DNA from: Octopus sinensis
Taxonomy: Eukaryota
Direction of reading: 5' to 3'
Assembly (NCBI RefSeq): GCF_006345805.1
Contig: NC_043018.1
Coordinates: 9,982,001 to 10,046,000 of the forward strand
Length of the DNA stretch: 64,000 bases
Below, piece by piece: positions 52,730 to 64,000 of the stretch (position 1 is its first letter; the number at the start of each line of letters is the position of its first letter). The notes below the pieces were generated by a model. The model was not told the origin of the DNA. It did not search any database and saw only the letters and a program-made list of their open reading frames with translations. The translations under genes and the position numbers were made by a program.

Positions 52730-54590
52730 ATGGGTGTGACAAAACTTATGTTGATTCCTCACATTTCAGTGAGAGGAAGCACTGATGACAGGAAAGCCAA
52801 TGTTTTTTATTTATGGAGTGGCCAGTCAGTTTGCTAAAGTATATCTGTGCTCATGAGGGCATTGGCAAAAAACCTCACTTTTAAAGTTTAGTTCTTTAAT
52901 GTGATTCTTCTTCTCAGCAAAGCAGTGTCTGCATGTTCTCCAGCTGTTAAAGTAAGGTTTGCACTTTTCTGTTACCCTTCACTTGATGCCATAATGTGCA
53001 ATATTTCCTTTATCTTCTAAACATATCTTGTTAGTATTGTGGCGTTTCACCTCTCATGGATACTAAATGAGAATTTGTGGTTGTTAAATAGGGTCCTGAA
53101 TGACCTTCTGTTGCACCCATATATGGATGCAATAGAATGTCTGTACATTCATTGCTCCAATGAAATTCTTTCACACCACTTCCTCCTCCTCCTCCTCATA
53201 CAAAATGCTTTCTGTATTGGCTGTTTAGTGGGCATGTAGCATCATCTTTGAATGAGCAGCATGCCTCTATTTACAAATATTTTCTTTATGAGGGTGTGCA
53301 TTTAAAAAAGACCCTCAAAGTATGTCTATCAAAGATTTTCTTGTATTTATGTGTTTGTGGGGAATGCTTGTTGACTGAACTAAGGAAGATCCTACCTACA
53401 CAAGTTTTTACATTAAGGTAAAATGGGGGTCTGAATCATATAATCTTATAGTAGTATTTTCTCTTGGTGGTGTTAGGGTTGGACATATAACTAATCCTAT
53501 ACTTGATACATTAGGTGACCAAGGCCTTGTAGCATCAAAGATCCACTTAACCAAAGATAGGTTGGAGATTCTTTTGCTAATCCCCTTAACCAGGTTCCTA
53601 AAAACAATGGCTGGATGACAGGAAAATGTACTGATATATTTCAGCCTCTTATTTGGATTTTGAAAAGGTTTATAGGTACCAGTGTCTCTATTTTATATCA
53701 CATCTAGGAAATCAACCCCTTTCAAGTTGATCTCTATTGTGACTTTGAGCCCAAGAAAATTAAGAGCATGGATTAGGTCCTTCTGATGCTTATCAAATGT
53801 GTGATCATTTGCCCCTCTCAATAGTTGAAGAGATTTTCTTACTAAGCATACCTAGAATAAAAAGGCCTAAGAGGTCACATACCTCAGCACTATCGAAAGC
53901 TCCCATTACAACGTTGAAATAACCTCCCAGGTCAGTCTGCTTTACTCAGATCAAGCCACTGTCAAAGAGAAGAGTTCTCCTGGCATGAATGATGATGCTT
54001 ATGCTCTCAATGTTAATTTCAGTGCAGGACCTAGGTGAAGATAAGTACCCAATGTAACATATAGAGAGTTGCTGGGTAAACATCCACAATAGGTGCAGGA
54101 GTGGCTGTGTGGTAAGTAGCTTGTTTACTAACCACATGGTTCCGGGTTCAGTCCCACTGCATGGCACCTTGGGCAAGTGTCTTCTACTATAGCCTCGAGC
54201 CAACCAAAGCCTTGTGAGTGGATTTGGTAGATGGAAACTGAAAGAAGCCCATCGTATATATGTATATATATATATGCGTGTGTGTTTGTGTGTCTGTGTT
54301 TGTCCCCCTAGCATTGCTTGACAACCGATGCTGGTGTGTTTATGTCCCCGTTACTTAGCGGTTCGGCAAAAAAGACCGATAGAATAAGTACTGGGCTTAC
54401 AAAGAATAAGTCCTGGGGTCGAGTTGCTCGATTAAAGGCGATGCTCCAGCATGGCCACAGTCAAATGACTGAAACAAGTAAAAGAGTAAAAGAGTAAAGA
54501 GTAATGTCAAATTGGGTGAAACTTACACTGATCTGGCCATTGTTGGTTTTAATCTATGAACTGACCTCATTGATGTTGCACCTATATTAC
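52730..54590 (-). mobile_element. Decayed Penelope-like element (Naiad-type RT + GIY-YIG), split by a SINE at 54090-54503
   Basis: Minus motifs SFTQFDI|VDVYPA, IIIHARRTLLFDSGLI*VK, YFNVVMGAFDSAEVCDLLGLFIL, VDFLDV, YKPF, YMGATEG, CRHCFAEKK, LNFKSEVFCQCPHEHRYTLAN* (stop at 52826-52828); 3' end abuts (TA)n. Confidence 0.85.
54090..54503 (+). mobile_element. Full-length family A SINE
   Basis: Complete head, core and (agagtaaa)n tail. Confidence 0.93.
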
Positions 54591-55185
54591 ACACACACAC
54601 ACATATTTATATATAAATACATACATATACATGTGTATGTATAAATACACACACACACACATTACATATATATAGCATCGCTGTTGTTTTAACCTTCACT
54701 TTTCCATGCTTGCATGGATCAGACTGAATTCATTGAAGTAAACTTCTGTATAGCTGGATGCCCTTCCTGCCACCAACCCTCACCTGTTTCTAAGCAACAT
54801 AATATTTCATTATAACCAGACATGATTTACACACAAGAATGGAAAGAAACGACACCGCTTGTATGAAGGTGACACTCTTTTACAACCATCTCATGATTTC
54901 AAGTGAGAAGGACATGCACACACATACACACACATGCACATGTATATACACAACAGACTTCTTTTGGTTTCCATCCACCAAAACCACTCACAAGGCTTTG
55001 ATAAGCCCAGGGCTATAGTTGAAGGCATTTCCTCAGGTGCCATGCAGTGGGACTAAACATAGAACCATGTGGTTGGGAAGCAAGCTTGTCAACCACATGG
55101 CTATATACATATACAAACACATATCAAACCACAGTATATATGCATATATACAAACATATACACACACTAGCAAAAATATTTTTAC

Positions 55186-55595
55186 ACAGGAGTGGCTGTG
55201 TGGTAATTAGCTTGTTTACCAACCACATGGTTCCGGGTTCAGTCCCACTGCGTGGCACCTTCGGCAAGTGTCTTCTACTATAGCCTCAGGCCGACCAAAG
55301 CCTTGTGAGTAGATCTGGTAGACGGAAACTGAAAGAAGCCCATCGTATATATGTATATGTATATATGTGTGTGTGCGTGTATGTTTGTGTGTCTGTGTTT
55401 GTCCCCCTAGCATTGCTTGACAACCGATGCTGGTGTGTTTATGTCCCCATTACTTAGCGGTTCGGCAAAAGAGACCGATAGAATAAGTACTGAGCTTACA
55501 AAAGAATAAGTCCCGGGGTCGAGTTGCTCGATTAAAAGTGGTGCTCCAGCATGGCCGCAGTCAAGTGACTGAAACAAGTAAAAGAGAGTAAAAAG
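55186..55595 (+). mobile_element. Full-length family A SINE
   Basis: As above. Confidence 0.92.
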
Positions 55596-56032
55596 AGATA
55601 TACATGCACACATACAAATATTGTGTATTTGTGTGTGTGTGTGTGTGTGCATGTTTCCATTTGAGTGGGTATGTGCCTGCATGCATATGTGTGTGTGTGT
55701 GTGTTTGTTTCCATCTCACTTATTTTGACAAAAGTGATGACACGTGGTCAGTGTTGTTGTGGTCAGCAAACAATCTGGCCACTTCACATTTTTAAAGCTG
55801 TAACGAATAAGGGATTTCTTACTTCAAGAAAAAGCAAAAGAGAAAACCGAGGAACAAATAAGGGTTATCGAAAAGAGAGGCTATCTGTAAAACAATTTGC
55901 CCAATAACATAATTGTCTAACCCATGCAAGCCTGGAAAAACAGATGTAAACATGAACGAACGAAAGTATGTGTGTATAGGATATATGTATGTAAATGCAT
56001 ATACACACATATGTATGTATACATACATTCAT

Positions 56033-56325
56033 TGTGAAGGTGAGTGGCTTAGTGGTTAGGGCATTCGGCTCATGATCGTAAGGTCGTGAGTTCAATTCCT
56101 GGCGACATGTTGTGTCCTTGAGCAAGACACTTTATTTCACGTTGCCCCAGTCCACTCAGCTGGCAAAAATGAGTTAAGTGTCATGCTGAATCTCCCTGAG
56201 AACTACATTAGGGGTACACATGTCTGTGGAGTGCTCAGCCACTTGCACGCTAATTTCTCGACCATGCTGTTCTGTTGATTGTATCAGCTGGGACCCTCAC
56301 TGTCATAACTGACAGAGTGCTCATT
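56033..56325 (+). mobile_element. tRNA-derived SINE (family B head, different tail)
   Basis: tggcttagtggttagggcattcggctcatgatcgtaaggtcgtgagttcaattcc; gtgtccttgagcaagacactttatttcac. Confidence 0.85.
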
Positions 56326-56350
56326 ATGTATACATATAAGTATATACACA

Positions 56351-56382
<32 letters not shown>

Positions 56383-56383
56383 C

Positions 56384-56465
<82 letters not shown>

Positions 56466-56567
56466 TAGATAGATATACACACACATGTATATATATGTAT
56501 GTTTATATATGTATATATACACATATATATGAAGATATGTATACATACATACATGCATATATAGTTT

Positions 56568-56603
<36 letters not shown>

Positions 56604-56965
56604 TACATATTTACACACACACACACACACACATATACATATCAGTTAGTTGTTGATAAACCGGAAAAACCACACTCAGTATGAGTGATAGAGTATGTAT
56701 ACTTTTATATATGACAGAGTGGTATTGGTCAGAATGTTATCATAGGCTTCATGCCATCTTCTGCACTTGGTAACATTTCTGACTCATCAAGCATGCTGAC
56801 TGGAAGCATCTCCAGGAATATCCTTGTGTAGAGTTCATTAGATGTTATAGGCGTGTTCTTGGTATTGATTCCAAGAACTTATAATTCCAAATTGGCAAAA
56901 AAAAAAAAAAAAAAAATGAAACGGAAGTCTTTCTGTGACTATGTATTGAGTGACCAGAGAGCTAA

Positions 56966-57026
56966 CATCTCTGATGAGTTGTCAATATTGCTTAATTGCT
57001 ATAACTGGTGCGAAACCAGTCAGTGA
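56966..57026 (+). ncRNA. Degenerate hammerhead-like motif with extended stem II
   Basis: catct-CTGATGA(56971)-34 nt-GAAAC-ca-GTC-agtg; lies within a 17-bp inverted repeat (56726-56742 / 57024-57040). Confidence 0.4.
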
Positions 57027-57095
57027 TAACATTCTGACCAGTTATGTATCATAAACAGTAATACACAGGTCAACAAAATATCTCTCTTTCTCACA

Positions 57096-57156
<61 letters not shown>

Positions 57157-57226
57157 TATATCATCATCATCAGTTAATGCCCATTTTCCATGCTGGCATG
57201 TGTTGGACAATGTATGTATGTATATA

Positions 57227-57345
<119 letters not shown>

Positions 57346-57456
57346 ATATGTATATATACACATATATATGAAGATATGTATACATATACATGTTTATTTG
57401 TATATACATTTTATATATATGTATATGCCTGTGTGTATATATATATATATATATAT

Positions 57457-57710
57457 ACACGCTGCAAGGATCTTGCCTTTATCTGTGGCATTCAGGAGTG
57501 TGGGTGTATGTTTGTGTGTATGTATGTGTGTGTGTATGTATATATGTATGCGTGTCTGTTTGAGTGCATGTATATATATATATATATACACACATGCACT
57601 CAAACACACACGCATACATATATATACGTACACACACACATACACACAAACACAAGCACACACCCACACTCCTGAATGCCACAGATAAAGGCAAGATCCT
57701 TGCAGTGTGT
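57457..57710. repeat. ~250-bp fold-back inverted repeat
   Basis: ctgcaaggatcttgcctttatctgtggcattcaggagtgtgggtgt / acacccacactcctgaatgccacagataaaggcaagatccttgcag around a (TA)n centre. Confidence 0.93.
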
Positions 57711-57989
57711 CACTAGACTAGAAATCTAGAAATCAATAAAATGATTAACAGCCAATGTATTGAACAGACCAATTGGAGTTATTAATAACCCAGGATTAAT
57801 CAATAACAGAGGTTATCCAATACTACGGATGTTGATTTTTGCAGTGGATGTATCGAATGGAATAGCTGAGTGTATGTTAAATATAGATCGACAGCAGGTT
57901 AGTTAAAAGAGTAGAGATAAATAATGGATGGATAGAACAGTTAGGTGTGTGTTAAATATAGATTGGTTAGTGGTTAGTCAATAGAGGGA

Positions 57990-59332
57990 AATAGAGAGGG
58001 GGTATACAACAGTGGTTATGGAGATAGAGAGGGGAGGCATACAACAGTTGTATGGAAACAGAGGGGAGGCTTACAACAGTTGTATGTATACCCCATCTCT
58101 ATCTCCATACAACAGTTGTATGGAGATAGAGAGGGGGGTACACAACAGTTGTATGGAGATAGAGAGGGGGTATACAACAGTTGTATGGAGATAGAGAAGG
58201 GGCATACAATAGTTGTATGGAGATAGAGAGGGGGGCATACAACAGTTGTATGGAGATAGAGAGGGAGTATACAACAGTTGTATGGAGATAGAGAGGGGGT
58301 ATACAACAGTTGTATGGAGATAGAGAGGGGGTATACAACAGTTGTATGGAGATAGAGAGGGGGCATACAACAGTTGTATGGAGATAGAGAGGGGGTATAC
58401 AACAGTTGTATGGAGATAGAGAGGGGGTATACAACAGTTGTATGGAGATAGAGAGGGGGCATACAACAGTTGTATGGAGATAGAGAGGGGGTATACAACA
58501 GTTGTATGGAGATAGAGAGGGGGTATACAACAGTTGTATGGAGATAGAGAGGGGGTATACAACAGTTATATGGAGATAGAGAGGGGGTATACAACAGTTG
58601 TATGGAGATAGAGAGGGGGCATACAACAGTTGTATGGAGATAGAGAGGGGGTATACAACAGTTGTATGGAGATAGAGAGGGGGTATACAACAGTTGTATG
58701 GAGATAGAGAGGGGGTATACAACAGTTATATGGAGATAGAGAGGGGGTATACAACAGTTGTATGGAGATAGAGAGGGGTTATACAACAGTTGTATGGAGA
58801 TAGAGAGGGGGTATACAACAGTTGTATGGAGATAGAGAGGGGGCATACAACAGTTGTATGGAGATAGAGAGGGGGCATACAACAGTTGTATGGAGATAGA
58901 GAGGGGGTATACAACAGTTGTATGGAGATAGAGAGGGGGCATACAACAGTTGTATGGAGATAGAGATGAGGCATACAATAGTTGTATGGAGATAGAGAGG
59001 GGGCATACAACAGTTGTATGGAGATAGAGAGGGAGTATACAACAGTTGTATGGAGATAGAGAGGAGGTATACAATAGTTGTATGGAGATAGAGAGGGGGT
59101 ATACAACAGTTGTATGGAAATAGAGAGGGGGTATACAATAGTTGTATGGAGACAGAGGGGAAGCATACTACAGTTGTATGGAGACAGAGATGAGGCATAC
59201 AACAGTTGTATGGAGATAGAGAGGGGGTATACAACAGTTGTTTGGAGATAGAAAGGGGGTATACAACAGCTGTTTGGAGATAGGGAGGGGGTATACAGTG
59301 GTTATGGAGATAGAGATGAGGCATACAACAGT
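57990..59332 (+). repeat. 32-bp minisatellite, ~40 copies
   Basis: Unit gagatagagaggggg(t/c)atacaacagttgtatg; period 32 (e.g. 58381, 58413). Confidence 0.97.
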
Positions 59333-59719
59333 TTTAAGGAATATTGTTGAAGCTCTGTTAAATATAAATTACAATGGATTTCTTTCAGTTTCTATTAATC
59401 AAATCCATTCCAAGGAGGAAATAGAGAAGAGCATACAGTGGGTGGATGGGCGTGTAGTAAGGAGTTTGCTTTGGAACCACACGGTTCTCAGTTCAGTCCC
59501 ACTGCATGGCACCTATAGCAAGAGTTTTTCTGCTATAACACTGGGGCCGACCCAAAGCCTTGTGAATGGATTTGGTAGACAAATTTTGAAAATTAACTGG
59601 AACGCAGGCAGTGTACTTCAACAGAAATTTGTTATCAAAAGGGTTAATGAAGAGGAGATACAGAGCAGATGTATGAAATATTTGAATGTATGTTAAATAA
59701 AGATTAACTATTGGTTAGT

Positions 59720-59948
59720 TAAACCTTTACGATGCAGATTAATCCGTCAAATGTAATGTTTCTTTATTCACATCGTTTTGACTTGATCATGCATAACCTC
59801 ATAACTTCACGATTGTGATGATGTTATTGGTTATTTTTAGAATGACATTTTAGGGTATGTGTGAGAAGTCAGATCAGACTGGTTTGAACATAAATCAGGT
59901 AGTATATATTTGGACTGGATATGGCTGGTTTAAATGCTAAAGAGTTAA
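59720..59948 (-). mobile_element. piggyBac-like MITE copy
   Basis: ttaaacctttacgatgcag ... aaatgctaaagagttaa, homologous to 41666. Confidence 0.7.
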
Positions 59949-60865
59949 TACAAGGAGACAGAGTGAAAAAATATAAAGTGGATGTATGGAGTGTCTGAAT
60001 CTATTTTAAATTTAGTCAGATTATTGGTGAATCGAAAGAGAAGAAAAGAGAATGGCCCCATACTGTGGTTGCATGAAATAGCTGATCCCCCAAGGCTTGA
60101 AGGAAAGAGGGTGGAAGGTATCTTCAAACCGGAAAACTGGCCTGAATGCTTGTAAAAGAGCGGACTCTGCTAAGGCCATTACCTGAGATGTAAAGGATCA
60201 GGTGATGGTGTTAAACTGGGCTCTGAGCCACAGTTATTAAAGGTAAAATTTGATAAACTTAGGAGAGATGAGTACACTACCAAATATCTTAATTTCAGCT
60301 AGTGCATACGGATTTTAGGGTCCAAGGCCTTGTTTGGTTTGGGCATAGCATTGACCCTGTTAATTCCTTTTCAACTCAAAAATAACTTTCACTTTTTAGG
60401 TCTTTGATATTTATTAGAACTAAGCTAATATTTATTAGAGCTAAGGAGATGGTTTATTAGAGCTAAGCTAATATCAGGCAGAATCATTATCATGTTGGGT
60501 GAAATGCTTAGCAGCATTTTGTCTGCCTGGGTCAACTCTGCCTCTCATATTTTCAGGGTCAACGAAATAAGAAACCGCTGAGAACAGGGGTCAGTTTAAC
60601 TGACTCAGCCCCTCTGCCAAGCTAGCCAATATTTATTTGAAACCAATATTTATCAGAGCTGAAAATCCCTGTTCGCATCTATTCTTTTATTCTTTTATAT
60701 GTTTCAGCTCTATGGCTGTGGCCATGCTGGAGCACCACCATCTATATAGTTTTAATCTTCTGGCAACTCTACTCAGAAACTGGAATGCATCTTGTTACTT
60801 GTATGATTTGGGGGTTTCAGTTCAGATTTTTTGGTCATACATATATGTGTGTGCGTATGCGCCAA

Positions 60866-61276
60866 GACCACCACTACCAAGACCACCACCACCACCACCA
60901 CCACCACCACCACCACCACCACCACCACCACCACCACCACCACCATCATTACCATCATGATCATCACTATCATCATTGTCAACATCACTACCATCACATC
61001 ACCACTGCCATCACAAATACCAACATCATCATCATCACCATCGTCATCATCATCACCATCACCATCACCATCACCCTCACCATCATCATCATCACCATCA
61101 TCACCATCATCACCATCATCATCATTGTCATCATCATCACCCTCGTCGTCATCCTCATCATCACCATCACCCTCACCATCACCATCATCATTACCATCAT
61201 CATCATCATTACCCTCGTCGTCATCCTCATCATCATCACCATCATCACCATCATCACCATCATCATCATCACCCTC

Positions 61277-61308
<32 letters not shown>

Positions 61309-62157
61309 CATCACCATCACCATCGTCATCATCCAAGAAAATAAAGGCGCCAACTGGTGACTGCAGATCAGACTCTGATCAAGAACAAAACATAAATCTA
61401 AAAAATAAAATTCAAACAAAAAAAAAAAGAAAAAAAGGAACCTTAGTTCCACCTGCAACAGCGATCTTAATTAATCCAATTAATTACAACCATATTACTA
61501 ATAACTAACCTCAGGCATTTTGGGAACCATTTAAGTGATTAAACAAAAAAATCAAACAACAAAACAAAGAAAGAAATGTCTAAGCAGCAACCTGCTCTTG
61601 GACTGGTTAGGTACTGCTGTGTCACTGCTGTAGTAGTAGTGTTAGTAGTAGAAGCAGTAGCAGTAGTGCTAGCAGTAGTACTAGCAGCAGTCATCATCAT
61701 CATCGTTTGTAGTAGTAGTAGTAGTAGTAGTAGTAATGGTAGTAATGGTAGTTATGGTAGTAGTAGTGGTGGTGGTGGTGGTGGTAGTAGTAGTAGTAGT
61801 AGCTGTTGTGGTGATGGTGGTGGTGGTTGTAGTAGTAGTAGTAGTAGTAGTAGTAGAAGCAGGAACTGCAGCAGTAGTAGTAATAGTAGTAGTTGTAGTA
61901 ATGGTAGTAGTAGTAGTAGTAGTAGTGGTAGTAGTAGTAGTAGCTGTGGTGATGGTGGTGGTAGTAGTGGTGGTGGTGGTATTAGTAGCTGTAGTGGTGG
62001 TGGTGGTTGTAGTAGTAGTAGTAGCAGCAGCAGGAACTGCAGTAGTAGTAGTAGTAGCAGCAGCAGTAATAGTGGTTGTGATCTGGTAGTAGTAGTAGTA
62101 GCTGTGGTTGATGGTGGTGGTAGTAGTGGTTGTGGTGGTATTAGTAGTAGTAGTGAA
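60866..62157. repeat. (CAC)n/(CAT)n and (AGT)n/(GGT)n trinucleotide fields
   Basis: Direct reading; blocks 60866-61332 and 61625-62157. Confidence 0.95.
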
Positions 62158-62286
62158 TGAACTATTGTTCCCTCAGCTACTCCTGTCACCATCTTCCTAC
62201 AACTGCTATGATCCTCTTTCATGTCTCCCACTCTGGGAGCAGAACATGTAGACACATAGAGACAGTAGCGGTACGGTGTGTGCGTA

Positions 62287-62358
<72 letters not shown>

Positions 62359-62729
62359 ATAATATTATATATATATATATACATACATATATATATATAC
62401 AGAGAGAGAGGGAGGAGAGAGATGACAGAATCAGTGTATATAGGCTGTGGTAGTGATGGTGTATAATTGTAGTAGTAAGGTATATTATATAGACTGTGTG
62501 CGTATAGACAGTATTAGCAAGGTATATATAGACTATAGTAGTTGTGTATATTAAGTGTAGCATATTACATACATACTCAAATACACACACACATATGATG
62601 GGCTTCTTTCAGTTTCCGTCAGCTAAATCCACTCACAATGCTTTGGTTGACCTGAGGCTATAGTAGAAGATACTTGCCCAAGGTGCCACACAGTGGGACT
62701 GAACCCAGAACCATGAGGTTAGGAAGCAC

Positions 62730-62746
62730 ATACACACACACACACG

Positions 62747-62824
<78 letters not shown>

Positions 62825-63019
62825 TATATATATCTACACATACAGTCACTGATCTATATATATTATGTATATATATATATATATATATATGCATGTATGC
62901 ATGTATATATATATCTATATATATCATCATACATGCTATTGAAGCCTATATATATATATATGTATGTATAAATAGATTGAAATATACACACACACATACA
63001 CAACACATATATATATAAG

Positions 63020-63065
<46 letters not shown>

Positions 63066-63103
63066 GCATACATACATATATATATATAGTATATATATAC
63101 ATG

Positions 63104-63135
<32 letters not shown>

Positions 63136-63139
63136 CATG

Positions 63140-63201
<62 letters not shown>

Positions 63202-63227
63202 ATATATATATATAGATATATATAAAT

Positions 63228-63258
<31 letters not shown>

Positions 63259-63307
63259 TATATAATATATATATAATATATATATATAATATTTAATATA
63301 TATATAT

Positions 63308-63341
<34 letters not shown>

Positions 63342-63402
63342 AATATATAATATAATATATAATATAATATATATATATTATATATATATGTATGTATGCA
63401 TG

Positions 63403-63434
<32 letters not shown>

Positions 63435-63438
63435 CATG

Positions 63439-63497
<59 letters not shown>

Positions 63498-63507
63498 TAT
63501 ATATATT

Positions 63508-63552
<45 letters not shown>

Positions 63553-63684
63553 TATATATATATATAATATAAATATTAATATATATATATTATATATAAA
63601 AATATATATATATAGATATTAATATATATTATATAATATATATATAATATATATATATAATATATAATACATATATTATTATAT

Positions 63685-63777
<93 letters not shown>

Positions 63778-63835
63778 ATATATTATATTAATATATATTA
63801 TATATATATATATTATATATATATATTATATATAT

Positions 63836-63870
<35 letters not shown>

Positions 63871-63975
63871 ATAATGTATGCGTGTCTATATATATATATG
63901 TGTGTGTGTGTGTGTATATTTCAATCTTTTATACATACATACAAATATATATATAGGGCTTCAATAGCATGGTAT
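62730..63975. repeat. Long imperfect (TA)n array with inverted flanks
   Basis: Direct reading. Confidence 0.9.
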
Positions 63976-64000
63976 ATATATGTTGACTGCAGTAGTTGTA

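Noticed and set aside
57990-59332. CRISPR-like array (32-bp palindromic repeat)
   Set aside because: Units are head-to-tail with no unique spacers, there are no cas genes, and the context is eukaryotic
59950-60370. Possible LINE or PLE fragment
   Set aside because: No diagnostic motif could be read in the frames examined

Overview
AT-rich, repeat-dominated eukaryotic DNA. The tRNA-derived SINE families, RTE/CR1 LINE tails and extreme (TA)n/(CA)n/(TAGA)n/trinucleotide density point to an octopus (coleoid cephalopod) genome; this is inference from recalled repeat families, not a database search. No intact protein-coding gene is recognisable, and nearly all ORFs in the track are microsatellite read-throughs. 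The window holds many SINEs, Tc1/mariner, piggyBac-like and Helentron-like non-autonomous elements, LINE fossils (RTE, CR1, CR1/L2-group RT), a decayed Naiad-type Penelope-like element (PLE), and several satellites. The strongest signal is a set of short cassettes in (TA)n tracts that carry hammerhead-ribozyme (HHR) motifs. Two of them (11365-11712, 39073-39280) are near-perfect fold-back palindromes with a complete type I HHR on each strand, and they lie in the same window as the PLE fossil that could represent their mobiliser. There is also a candidate minus-strand spliced non-coding or long-UTR transcript with an octamer-TATA-Inr promoter (~34.8 kb), a plus-strand recursive-splice-site-like motif (~41.2 kb), an 11-unit satellite built from an RTE 3' end, and a 32-bp palindromic minisatellite with one flipped unit.
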